A stretch of 64,000 nucleotides of DNA from Candidatus Krumholzibacteriales bacterium (GTDB taxonomy: Bacteria; Krumholzibacteriota; Krumholzibacteriia; Krumholzibacteriales; WJIX01): NCBI GenBank assembly GCA_046483305.1, contig JAWODM010000014.1, forward strand, positions 63,925-127,924, read 5' to 3'. The stretch's first letter is position 1, and each line of letters starts with the position of its first letter. A model generated the notes under the pieces. The model was given only the letters and a program-made list of their open reading frames with translations. It did no database searches and had not been told where the DNA came from. Shown here in pieces: positions 10,653 through 20,700 of the stretch. A program made the position numbers and the translations under genes.

Positions 10653-11564
10653 ATGCGGAAATTACACCGGTTGATTCTATTGTTAATTTTTGTTCCGGCG
10701 GCGGTTCATGCCGCCGTGCAGGAGGAAGAGCCTGCTGCCGGGGATTATCCGAATATAGTGGAAGCTGATTCGGTTCTTGCCGGGCTGAAGGAACCGCTGG
10801 GAATCTCCGCCGGGGCCCGCGGCGGGATATATGTGGCCGACGGGATGAGCGGCAAACTTTTCAAATATATGGCCGGCCGGGAAGTTCTCGAATTTCCGGT
10901 GCCCCGGTCGCTTGTTTCGATATATCCGGTTGATGTGGCGGCCGGAGCGGACCCCTTTATATATGTACTGGATTACTCCTCCGGGAATGTACTAAGATAC
11001 GACTACAGGGGAGGATATCTGGATGTACTTATATCGTTCGATGATTTCAAGCCCTCTTCAATATCGGCGGGAGCGGGAGGGAGCTTTATTCTGACAGATA
11101 TGGAGAATCATTCGGTCCTGGTACTCAATCCCCTCCTGGACAGAGAGGTGGAGATAGAGGGTTACGGCTGGGAAGCGGGCTTTTTCAATAAACCGGCGAA
11201 AGCTGTAATACTGCGGGACGGGAGGCTGGCGGTTGCCGATACCGGCAACCGGAGAGTGCAGATATTTTCGTCCTCGGGCCTCTATCTGAGGCAGTTATCC
11301 CCGCCGGACAGCCTTGGCTTCAAATCTCCAAGGTCGCTCTGCTGCGGCCCGGAGGGAAATATATTCGTTGCCGATACCGGGAGGGGTTCGGTTTTTGCCT
11401 ACTCGCCCGGAGGGGAATATATCACCGCGATAGATTCCTATTCGGGAAAGAAAATATCGCCTTCCGCCCTCACTGTCGATCTGAATGATAACCTTTTCGT
11501 TGCCGATCTGCTTTCCAGGTCGATTCTCATATACAGGCTTGTTTATCCGGACAATGAGCGATGA
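10653..11564 (+). CDS. exported NHL-repeat beta-propeller protein
   Basis: Repeated IYVAD, LAVADTGNRRVQIF, IFVADTG and LFVAD blades; signal peptide. Confidence 0.8.
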   Translation: MRKLHRLILLLIFVPAAVHAAVQEEEPAAGDYPNIVEADSVLAGLKEPLGISAGARGGIYVADGMSGKLFKYMAGREVLEFPVPRSLVSIYPVDVAAGADPFIYVLDYSSGNVLRYDYRGGYLDVLISFDDFKPSSISAGAGGSFILTDMENHSVLVLNPLLDREVEIEGYGWEAGFFNKPAKAVILRDGRLAVADTGNRRVQIFSSSGLYLRQLSPPDSLGFKSPRSLCCGPEGNIFVADTGRGSVFAYSPGGEYITAIDSYSGKKISPSALTVDLNDNLFVADLLSRSILIYRLVYPDNER

Positions 11565-14500
11565 AGCGTTACTCCCTTTCTATTATTATCATGGTTGTAT
11601 TCACCCTCGCGCCTCTGCGGGCAAATCCGCTCGCGGAGCCGGGAAGAGGTCCGGTTTCGAGTAAGTCTTTTATCCTTTCGCCGGGCCAGAGCCGTATCGA
11701 TACCGGCATATCTTTCATAAAACCGGGTTCCGATTCCCTTATCATTGACGGCAGGGAAATCGAAAGGGGTGCCGGATACCGGATCAGTTCCCTCAGCGGG
11801 GTGATTATCCTGAACAACCCCGCTGAAGGCGGAGAGATGGCGATCCTGTATTACAGCAGGTTCCATTTCCCCTTTCCCCCAGTGATGGCGAGAAGGTTCC
11901 CCGGAACCGGGGAGGCGCCTTTCAGAACTCCCCTCGCGGATACTGCGGCGCTGTTCAGCAGTAAGAAAATTAATCCCTACCGCCTCAACGTTTCGGCCAG
12001 CAAATCGGTGGGATTCTCGGTAGGTTCCGCGAGAGGGGTGGGGATAGATCAGAGCCTGAGAGTGACCATTGCTGGAAAACTTGCCGAAGACCTGGAGGTC
12101 AAGGCGTTCCTTTCCGATGACGACCTGCCGGTACAGCCGGAAGGGAACACCGAGGAGCTCAAACGCCTGGACCGGATATCCATAAATATCAGGAGCAGGC
12201 ATACCGAAGTAAAGCTCGCCGATTTTGCCTCCTCCCTGGACTGGTCCGTCTTTTCTTCCTTCGACAGGGAGCTCAGGGGAGGGGAGATTACGGTAAAAGC
12301 GGCCGGTCAGCGTTTCATGACAGGCGGAGGCATAGCCAAGGGCAGGTTTGAAACTATCAACATCACGGGGCGCGAAGGCGTTCAGGGCCCCTACCAGCTT
12401 CTGTCCGCCCGGAGGTTCAACGGAGTAATAGTGATTCCGGGTTCAGAGTCTGTATACCTGAATGGCAAATTAATGAAGAGAGGCCAGGAGAACGATTATG
12501 TCATAGATTACAACAGGGCGTCGGTTGCCTTTACCGAGAGAGTGCCGGTAACCGACGATTCGGAAATCGTAATAGAATTCCAGAAGGGCGAGAGCAATTA
12601 CGAGCGGAATACCTTCATGGGGGGATGGTCCGCCCCCCTCCGGGAAGGCGCTGTCAATATCAGGGCCTTCTTCCTGACCGAGAGCGATGATAAGGACTCC
12701 CCTCTGGCCGGAGAGTTTACCGACGAGGAGATTTCAGCCCTGGCGGCGGCGGGAGACAACCCTGACAGCGCCTTTGCGTCCGGGGTGGAGAAGACAGATG
12801 AAGGGGGCAGCGGCTACATCTATTCGGAGGCGGATTCATATTTCGTGTTTGTAGAATCAGGCGCTGAATACCAGCTGGATTTCTACAAAGCCGCAGGCGG
12901 GGGGGATTATGATACCGACGGGTTTTCTTCCAGCGGAGAGCTGAAGTACCGTTACGTTGGCGAGGGAGAAGGGGATTACAGAATAGGCAGGCGGCTCCCC
13001 CTTCCTGAAAGGAAGGATCTGGTGGCGGTATCCGCCGATGCCGGGTCCGATCATCTCTTTCTGAGGGCGGAAGGAGATTTCAGCAGGCATGACAGGAATA
13101 CCCTGTCCGGGCTCGATGACGGCGACAACAACGGGGCCGCCTATACAGTGGAGGGGGGCCTGAGAGGGTTCGATTTTCTGGAATCAACCCTCAATCTGAA
13201 AGGAAGTTACTCATCGCTGGAGAGCTCGTTTGCCGCTCCCGACCGGGTCCGCAGGGCCTATTTCTACAGGAACTGGAACCTGGAGGGAGTAGAGCTTGAA
13301 GGAAGGGAGAATATATCGGGCCTGAAGCTGAACTGGGAAAGGGACCGGTGGTGGAAGCTGGAAGGGAGCTACAGCAGGTTGACCCGAACCGGTGGGACCT
13401 CTGCGGGACGGGGGCGGGCTGAGGGAGAACTGGGGAATCCGGAAAACAGGGGGTTAAGGTTCCAGTGGCTGAGAACGGAGAACTCCGACCGGAGAAAACG
13501 GGAATTCGCTCTGGCGAAAGGGGTGTTTGCGATGTGGAAGCTGGTTCCGGGGATTACCCTGGACCGGGAGAGGTACCGGAGTTTCAGCCCCGCGGGGGCG
13601 GATACCGGAAGGTATTACAGGCAGGGAAAAATCTTTCTGGGAACCCGGGATCTGAAAGGTTTCGATGCAGGTATCTCTTTCAACCGCAGGCTTACCGATA
13701 ACCTGAGAGAGAGCGGCGGCGCGTGGTTCAGGGCCAGGGAGAACGACGAGATTATTTTGAACGGTTCATACTCCGGTGGAACCAGGATGATAGATTTCTT
13801 TCTGAGCCACCGGGAGAGCGATGAGATAGAGTCTGGAAGCTCCAGCACCTTTGACCTGGCCAGGATCAAGTACCGGGATTCATACAGGCCGCTGGGGGTC
13901 GCTACCGACATCGGCTACAGGATCACTTCCGGCGAGGAGAGAAGAAGAGAAAGAGCTGTTATCTTCGTGGGAGAGAATCAGGGAGATTACGATGAAGAAG
14001 GCAACGAAGTGGGCCAGAAGAGGGGCGACTATATGCTTGTGTACATCCCCGGAACGGGTACCGAAGGGGTCAGGACGGTTGAGCTGAACTGGAAGCTGAG
14101 CTTCGGGGATGGAATCAGGGGGTTCGGTTCAATGACGGATGAGGATGGCGGCCTGTTCAACCTGATAAAGAAGAATGTATCCCTGGACCAGATATTCTCT
14201 CTTTCCGAAAAATCAACCACCGATGAACTCTTCCGGCTCTACATCATGGATCCCGATCTTCTTCAGAGGGATGACGTGACGGTTGAAGGGTACAACCGGC
14301 TCAGGCAGGAATGGAACTTCCTCAGGGACGTCAGGAAGTACAACCTCGGTTTTACCTTCTCCAGGGAGGACAGGGAGGATAACAGGACTGAAGGGGCTTC
14401 ATCCAGCAGCTATCTCAGGGAGATGAGGCTTAAATCGGAGTATTTGCCGGTTCCCTCACTGAGCATATCCCTGGAAGGAACCAGGACGGACAGAAGCAGT

Positions 14501-14929
14501 ATTTCTGATAACAGGGCGGTACAGAGCTACGATATCCTCGCCTATACCCTCTCCAGCGCTCTCGGCTACAGGAGAGGGCCCAACGCCCGTTTCTCGGTGG
14601 AATTCTCCGGGCAGGACAGGGAGGATTACCTCTCAGAGTCCAGGCAGAATTCGTATTCATTCAAACCTTCAGCCAGCATCTCTCCGGCCGGGGATATAAA
14701 CATAAGGACTTTCTACAAGTTTACCTACACAGATGTGAAGAACGACGGGGGGCAGCCCCTGTTCTTCCTGGAGGAGGGGGTAAGGCAGGACTGGAACATC
14801 TTCAGCCGTTACCAGGTGGGAAAGCACATAAGCGTGGGACTTAACTATACCGGCAGAAGGGAAAAGGATTTCAGGGAGGAGGTGAAGACTGTCCATGCGC
14901 TCAAGGTTGAAAGCAGGGCTTATTTTTAG
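11561..14929 (+). CDS. large outer-membrane beta-barrel protein with SprA-like PGSExVxxNG...DYxIDY domains
   Basis: Signal peptide, IPGSESVYLNGKLMKRGQENDYVIDY, many amphipathic beta-strands, C-terminal RAYF. Confidence 0.65.
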   Translation: MKRYSLSIIIMVVFTLAPLRANPLAEPGRGPVSSKSFILSPGQSRIDTGISFIKPGSDSLIIDGREIERGAGYRISSLSGVIILNNPAEGGEMAILYYSRFHFPFPPVMARRFPGTGEAPFRTPLADTAALFSSKKINPYRLNVSASKSVGFSVGSARGVGIDQSLRVTIAGKLAEDLEVKAFLSDDDLPVQPEGNTEELKRLDRISINIRSRHTEVKLADFASSLDWSVFSSFDRELRGGEITVKAAGQRFMTGGGIAKGRFETINITGREGVQGPYQLLSARRFNGVIVIPGSESVYLNGKLMKRGQENDYVIDYNRASVAFTERVPVTDDSEIVIEFQKGESNYERNTFMGGWSAPLREGAVNIRAFFLTESDDKDSPLAGEFTDEEISALAAAGDNPDSAFASGVEKTDEGGSGYIYSEADSYFVFVESGAEYQLDFYKAAGGGDYDTDGFSSSGELKYRYVGEGEGDYRIGRRLPLPERKDLVAVSADAGSDHLFLRAEGDFSRHDRNTLSGLDDGDNNGAAYTVEGGLRGFDFLESTLNLKGSYSSLESSFAAPDRVRRAYFYRNWNLEGVELEGRENISGLKLNWERDRWWKLEGSYSRLTRTGGTSAGRGRAEGELGNPENRGLRFQWLRTENSDRRKREFALAKGVFAMWKLVPGITLDRERYRSFSPAGADTGRYYRQGKIFLGTRDLKGFDAGISFNRRLTDNLRESGGAWFRARENDEIILNGSYSGGTRMIDFFLSHRESDEIESGSSSTFDLARIKYRDSYRPLGVATDIGYRITSGEERRRERAVIFVGENQGDYDEEGNEVGQKRGDYMLVYIPGTGTEGVRTVELNWKLSFGDGIRGFGSMTDEDGGLFNLIKKNVSLDQIFSLSEKSTTDELFRLYIMDPDLLQRDDVTVEGYNRLRQEWNFLRDVRKYNLGFTFSREDREDNRTEGASSSSYLREMRLKSEYLPVPSLSISLEGTRTDRSSISDNRAVQSYDILAYTLSSALGYRRGPNARFSVEFSGQDREDYLSESRQNSYSFKPSASISPAGDINIRTFYKFTYTDVKNDGGQPLFFLEEGVRQDWNIFSRYQVGKHISVGLNYTGRREKDFREEVKTVHALKVESRAYF

Positions 14930-16568
14930 TCTGATGCTGTTTGCGCCGTCAGTTCTGAATGCCGGGCGGGCGGCCAGGGTGGAATATGCCGGTATCGACC
15001 TTCTTGATACCGGAAAGCTGAAGGCGGATTCCTACCTGAAGGAAGGCGGGCGGTTTTCCGATTCGCTTCTTTCCATGGAATTGCAGAGGCTCGATTCGCT
15101 CTATTTCAATATAGGTTACCCCGGAGCGGTTATTGATGCCGATACCGCCGCCAGTGGCGATCAGTACCTGATAACCATATCGGTAAGCGAAGGCGGGCAG
15201 GCCAGTTTCGGTAAAGTCGCTGTTGCGGGTGATAACCCTGTTGAGGAAAAGGGAGGGATTTACAGCCTGAAGCGGGGCGAAGATTTCCTCCCCGGGAGAG
15301 TGGAAGAGGCCATGAAATTTACCCTTTTCTCGATGAACAGGGCCGGATTCCCCTATGCCCAGGTATGGATCACCGGATTCGACTATATCCGGGCCGATAA
15401 TTCGGTGGATATATCCTTTTCCGTAGTTACCGGCGAGCGGATGACGGCCTCGGAGGTGGTATTCGAAGGGATTTCATCCACCGACACCTCCACCGCCATG
15501 ATAGCTTCGGGTTTCAGGAAGGGCAGGGAGTATGACGAAAAGATGCTGATCTCGGTCAGAAACCGCCTGGAGGCGAGCGGCCTTTTCGAAGAGGTTCTCC
15601 CCGGAAGGGTAATCCGCAGGAGCAAAGGGGAGGTTGCCCTGGTGTTTCCGGTCAGGGAACAGGAGAGAAGAAACCTCTTCCGGGGGGCTTTCGGATTCTC
15701 CCGGAAGCAGAACGATGAATACGAAGTTAACGGGAATGTGGAACTTGAGCTTAATAATATAGCGGGGACGGGCAGGGGGGCTGAATTCACCTGGATAAAC
15801 GACGGCAGGGATTATTCCAGGACAGAGGTGAGCTATCTGGAACCGTTTCTTTTCTCCAGGAACCTGTCCCTGGAAACCTCCCTGAGGCAGATTGTCAGGG
15901 ATTCCCTCTACAATATGAGCAGCGGGAGCCTGAGGTTCAGGGCGCCTTTCGGCCCGGCCGGATTCAGGCTGTCGGTTTCCGCCTCCGCTGACAGGATCGT
16001 AATCCAGAACGACGTCGATCTGAGCAGGAGTTTCAGGCAGAGATACGGCCTGGGCCTTGAGAAGAGTAGCGGTTCATATCTGAGGTTCGAGACCTCGCTG
16101 GAGGGAGGGCTCAGGAACAGTTACTACAAATTCCGGGATGACGAGTCTGTCTGGCAGCTGCTGTATAACATTGAGGCCACCTCTGAGATGCCGACTTTCC
16201 GGGGCCAGAGCGCTTATCTCAGGGTGGTATCCGAGGGGATATTCAGCGGTGGAGAAATACACCCGGCGGAGCTGTTTTCGGTGGGGGGAGCGAGATCGAT
16301 CAGAGGCTACCGGGAGAACCAGTTCAGGGCCGAGCGGGCGTCCTACCTCAATCTGGAATACCGGCTGGGAAGAACCAGCAGGGTATTCCTGTTCAACGAT
16401 ACGGGGGTTATTTACCGAGAGGATACCGGCTGGGAGTTCAGGAACGGCGCAGGATTCGGCATAAGGTCGGTATCAGCGGTAGGAATCATCGAGCTGAGCT
16501 TCGGAATGGCGGAGCGCTTCTCCCTGGACGCCGCCAGAATACATGTGTCGCTGGTGGAGAGTTTCTAG
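14895..16568 (+). CDS. Omp85 (BamA/TamA-family) outer-membrane protein with POTRA domains
   Basis: POTRA-like GYP and GFPYA segments, NIAGTGR, YLEPF, GGARSIRGYRE lid motif, terminal Phe. Confidence 0.8.
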   Translation: MRSRLKAGLIFSLMLFAPSVLNAGRAARVEYAGIDLLDTGKLKADSYLKEGGRFSDSLLSMELQRLDSLYFNIGYPGAVIDADTAASGDQYLITISVSEGGQASFGKVAVAGDNPVEEKGGIYSLKRGEDFLPGRVEEAMKFTLFSMNRAGFPYAQVWITGFDYIRADNSVDISFSVVTGERMTASEVVFEGISSTDTSTAMIASGFRKGREYDEKMLISVRNRLEASGLFEEVLPGRVIRRSKGEVALVFPVREQERRNLFRGAFGFSRKQNDEYEVNGNVELELNNIAGTGRGAEFTWINDGRDYSRTEVSYLEPFLFSRNLSLETSLRQIVRDSLYNMSSGSLRFRAPFGPAGFRLSVSASADRIVIQNDVDLSRSFRQRYGLGLEKSSGSYLRFETSLEGGLRNSYYKFRDDESVWQLLYNIEATSEMPTFRGQSAYLRVVSEGIFSGGEIHPAELFSVGGARSIRGYRENQFRAERASYLNLEYRLGRTSRVFLFNDTGVIYREDTGWEFRNGAGFGIRSVSAVGIIELSFGMAERFSLDAARIHVSLVESF

Positions 16569-16605
16569 TAACGGTAAATTCCCGGATGACAGTGTTGGCA
16601 GGTAA

Positions 16606-16628
16606 ATTAATTACAGGAAATTCGATTT
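16606..16628. repeat. left copy of a 23-bp imperfect direct repeat (ATTAATTACAGGAAATTCGATTT); the reverse strand resembles an ISCR oriIS end
   Basis: 21/23 identical to 26316-26338; the minus strand reads TCGAATTTCCTGTA. Confidence 0.55.
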
Positions 16629-16799
16629 TTCTGTCAATGAGGGAAGTGTGGGCAGGAGGATTTGCAACCCCATTTATGCTGTGCTTCGCCGCTTTTATCC
16701 TCATTTCAGGCATGTTCCGACACCTTAAAGCAAAATTGGCTGTGGTATGGGGGAAGTAAGGCCGAATCAGATAATAACTCATCCAACTCTCCTCGAGAG

Positions 16800-17035
16800 A
16801 TGACACGGTTTACAATGATCCGGGCCGCTTCAGCCGAGCGGTGAGCCGCAGAGCCGGGGAGGAGGGTGATAGCGGAGAGGAGGTGGGTCACTGTATGTAT
16901 TTCCAGCCGATGCGTGCGCGGGATTCTATCAATCACCACCGGATCGGTGATAAAGGAAATAATCCTCATTTTGCCGCCGTATTTGACACGCGGCAGTGGG
17001 TCATTCTTCCAGACTTCAGCTGTCAGCTAAGCCCG
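16800..17035 (-). pseudogene. decayed C-terminal fragment of an IS91/ISCR-like (Y2) transposase
   Basis: The minus frame reads RA*LTAEVWKNDPLPRVKYGGKMRIISFITDPVVIDRI, matching the WAxLIxxVxxxDPLxCxxCGGxMRIIxFIxxPxVIxRIL pattern, with an in-frame stop and both Cys lost. The left boundary is approximate. Confidence 0.65.
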
Positions 17036-17212
17036 GCATATCAATTATGAAAAAAAACCAATTCGTTTCGAGAAAAGAATAAAGTAGCGCGCAATAGTTG
17101 GGTTTTCGCTTTTTGAGGGGCCATAATAATTTCCCGCAATCATTTTCTGGTGTTTGGTTATATGGTTTCCCTTTAAACAGCAGGGTATATGGAGGCGGCA
17201 TATCTGTGGATG

Positions 17213-17692
17213 CTACCGCCCCCCGTAGATTTTCTTCAGAAAGCCCCAGCTCACCTCGGCGCTTACCGTGCCGCTAGCGGGAGACACCTCGGCAACGTCG
17301 ATGAAATCGCACGGCACGGCCAGTGTTCCCTGGCATACACGGGTGAAGGTGTGCCCCGCGACAAGGATCTCCTTGTCGATATACTGGCTCAGGTTTATCG
17401 AATCCGCCTCAAGGTAAAAGCTCTGTCGCGGCTCTCGCGCTTCGAGGTAATACTCTCCGCAAAAACAGATGCAGATCTCGGGCTTCGGCTGAAAGCGCAG
17501 ATATCCTTTGGAGATGCAAATAGTATCATCACCGTTTATTACTATTGACCGGTAATCTCCGGCGCCGGCTTCAGGCAATTCTGGTTCCCCGGACCTTACT
17601 CCATCGCCCGGTCCCAGAATCGATAACAGCAGCAGAGAGGTTGCTATCAGGAATACTTTCCGCAGATTGGTTATCGAATTGTAATCGCTCAT
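17213..17692 (-). CDS. small exported Cys-containing protein with C-terminal SWGxLKxxY tail
   Basis: Hydrophobic N-terminus, GGGGTG RBS, CICFCG and two later Cys, ends TVSAEVSWGFLKKIYGGR. Confidence 0.65.
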   Translation of the reverse strand: MSDYNSITNLRKVFLIATSLLLLSILGPGDGVRSGEPELPEAGAGDYRSIVINGDDTICISKGYLRFQPKPEICICFCGEYYLEAREPRQSFYLEADSINLSQYIDKEILVAGHTFTRVCQGTLAVPCDFIDVAEVSPASGTVSAEVSWGFLKKIYGGR

Positions 17693-17714
17693 TTCAATCT
17701 CACCCCGGTAAAGT

Positions 17715-17746
17715 CCGGGAGCCTCCCAAAGCGCGGAGGCTCCCGG
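17715..17746 (-). terminator. GC-rich 12-bp stem-loop just downstream of the S8 protease gene (terminator or stability hairpin)
   Basis: CCGGGAGCCTCC-8nt-GGAGGCTCCCGG; only a weak U-tract (ACTTT) on the minus strand. Confidence 0.5.
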
Positions 17747-17755
17747 TAATTGTTC

Positions 17756-20700
17756 TCACCTCAATAGAACCATCTTCTTCGTTATCTTGACATCTTCGGT
17801 CACGAACCTGGCGAAGTAGATGCCTGTCGCGACCGCCGAGCCGTTGTCATTAGTCCCTTTCCACTGGAACTCGTGAATTCCGGGTTCCTTCATCCCCTTG
17901 AAGACCTTTTTGACCAGTCTTCCTTTCACATCGTAGATCTTCAGGGACACCTGCCGCTGATCTCCGGCCGGCAGTCCGAAACGGATAGTGGTGACAGGGT
18001 TGAACGGGTTCGGATAGTTCTGCCACAGCGTGAACTTTTCGGGTATCACGTTGTCGCTGTCGCCGACCGCTTCTCTGCCGTCGGCATCCATGGTGATGGT
18101 ACCTGAAGCTGTGGCCATCCAGTCGAGTGCGCGGTCGAGGATCTCCGCACGCCGCGTCTCTTCCTGGATGTAAGTGAAGTTGAAGGTGAAGTAGACCGAA
18201 ACATGATTGGGACCGATGTACCTCACCGCTGCCGCTGAATCCGGCCCGGAGGGGGTCATCGGCCACAGTTTCGAATCCCACTCTTTACCTTCCTTGCTGT
18301 AGAAGGCGGACATTTCCTCCCTCGATTCGAACATGTCAAGAGACGATCCTGTTCCGCTCCACTTGTAAATTACCTGGCCTCCCGAATAGGTGGTGGACAG
18401 TTTGACCTCGTCGGGATAGGAGCCCTGAATTGTAAAGGTCTCGCCGGCGCCTATGGGATCTCCAGGCGTGCTCGAGATCTGTCTCCAGCCCGGGTCGTCC
18501 TTGACGTACGCGGTTCCGGTGTACTGCTCCATCCAGGATCTGGCTGTGGATCCATAGGAGAGGTCTCTGCCGAGGAACCAGATCTTCTGACTTTCACCAT
18601 CGGAGGCGCTCAGGAAAGCTCCCAGGGTGTCCATCTGGGTGGTGCTGAGATACCAGGACTCGTCCACTATGACTGCGTCATAGGAATGAAGTATGGCGGT
18701 CGCAGGAACTCCAAGTTCGTCCCAATCCCAGATATCCGCGGTCCGTCCAGCGGCGGTGAAGGCCTGCTGGAAGACTTCGGGAGCGGTATGACCGGCGCCT
18801 CCAAGCAGCACCAGGATATCGCCAGAAGGCATGATGCCGAACTCATAGTAAGAAGCGGGAGCTCCGGCCGGATCGAACGACGTGTTCGCGCCGTCGTCCT
18901 CCGCCTCCAGATACAGTCTTATCCTGGTTCCGGAAGCCTGCCCGGGGATGTCGCCTGAATACTCGTCGGGATTACCGGTCGGCGACATGGCCACCGCATT
19001 CCAGGTGCCGCCCTCGTTGATGCTGTAATGCAGCTGCACCGAAGAAACTTCGCCCAGGGCGTCGATCACTTCCGTGGTAACAGTGTACGGGCCTGTAGTA
19101 TCGAACGTTGAAGATGGCACCGTGGTCGACACAAAGTTGGGACCTTCTGTGTCTTCGGCGCCCATTATGCTGACGTCATCGATATACCATCCGACCTTGT
19201 TGACCCACGAATCGCTTCCGAAATGGAACCTGATGATGACCTCCTGTCCCTTGTAGGGTGTAAGGTCGCAAGTCACCTGGTGCCAGTTATCATTGTTGTA
19301 TCCGGTGAAGCACGGTTCGTTCGGTATGCCCGCGTTGTAGCTCTTGGCCGTTCCGTTATAACCGATATCCGGAGTGAGTATCGACCAGGTGCTTCCTCCG
19401 TCGGTGGAAATCTTTATGTTCCCTCCGTCGTAGTTGGTCTCGATATAGTACCACTGCCAGAAGGTCAGCATAGCGTAGGAGCTGCCCGCTGGAACTATGA
19501 CCTCGGGCGTCTCCAGCTTGGAGTTCGAGCTGGAAGAATAGGTGCCGCCGACCTGTGTCGCCCAGAGGTTGACCCCTGAATTAGCTCCGTCGGGTCCGGT
19601 GGTGGGTTCGCCCCATTCCCAGTCGCCTGTCGAGCTGAATCGGCCGTCAGTAGCTTCGAAATCCCAGGTGTAATAGTCCACGATCTCGAAGGAATGGTAT
19701 CCGGATTCCGGTTCTCTTGCCGTATTGGGAACGGCCGCTGCATCCCGAGCTCTTATATAGTAGTTGAACACATCGCCCAGAGCGGCCGGTCCGGGAATAT
19801 CTCCCGTGTAGAGGTCTCCTCCGGCGTTTGTCATGGTGATGGTAGTGTTGGCGCCGCCGTTCTTGTTGTATGTGAGGAATACCCCGGCTGGATCGACACC
19901 CACATTGTCGGTCACAGTAGCCTCTACCGTGTAGGGGCCTGTCTCGTCCGGCGTATTGGGCAGTGGATAGTGGACTATCTCCGGAGGAGTTATATCCGCT
20001 GTCACCTCGAACGAATGCTGTACATCCGGCGCTCCCGACGGATGGAAGCTGGTGTTTCCGTCGGTGTTGGTGGCGCTGATGTAGTAATGTACGGTAGTGC
20101 CGTAGGATTGCGGAGGTATATCCGCTGAGTATTCGTCCGGGTTGGCCGTGGGGTTCATCTGCAGGCTAACCGGTCCCGCACCGGCGTCGTAGATCAGGTT
20201 GATCCGGTTGGGGTCCAGATACTCGGAGTACACGTTGGCGGCTACGGTGTAGGTGCTCAAGGTGTCTTCGGTATCATGAAGCGGTTCGTGCAGGATCTCC
20301 GGGGCGGCGAACCACTTGAGTGTCCTGTCGATGATGCCCGCCCTTCTCCACGGTTCCTGGATGTAGTTGAAGTTGAAGGTGAAGTACACAGAACGATATT
20401 TATCGCCGTTGTACTTGATTCCGGCGGCCGCGTCTATGCTTTGCGGATCGTGCGGCATCACGCCGTCCCATTCCTTTCCGGCCTTCTGGTAGGTCCCGGC
20501 AATCTCCTCTCTGTCAAGGTACGTACCTTCTCCGGTGTACTGGTAGACAAGCACGCCGCCCGGATAGGCCTCGCTGCGTTGAGTCTCGTCAGGATACGAA
20601 CCGGAGATTACGAAGGTCTCATTGGCTCCGATCGGTTCGCCGGGCGCTCCGGTGAGTTCGCGGTATCCGGGATTGTCCTGGACGTAGGCCGCCCGCATGT

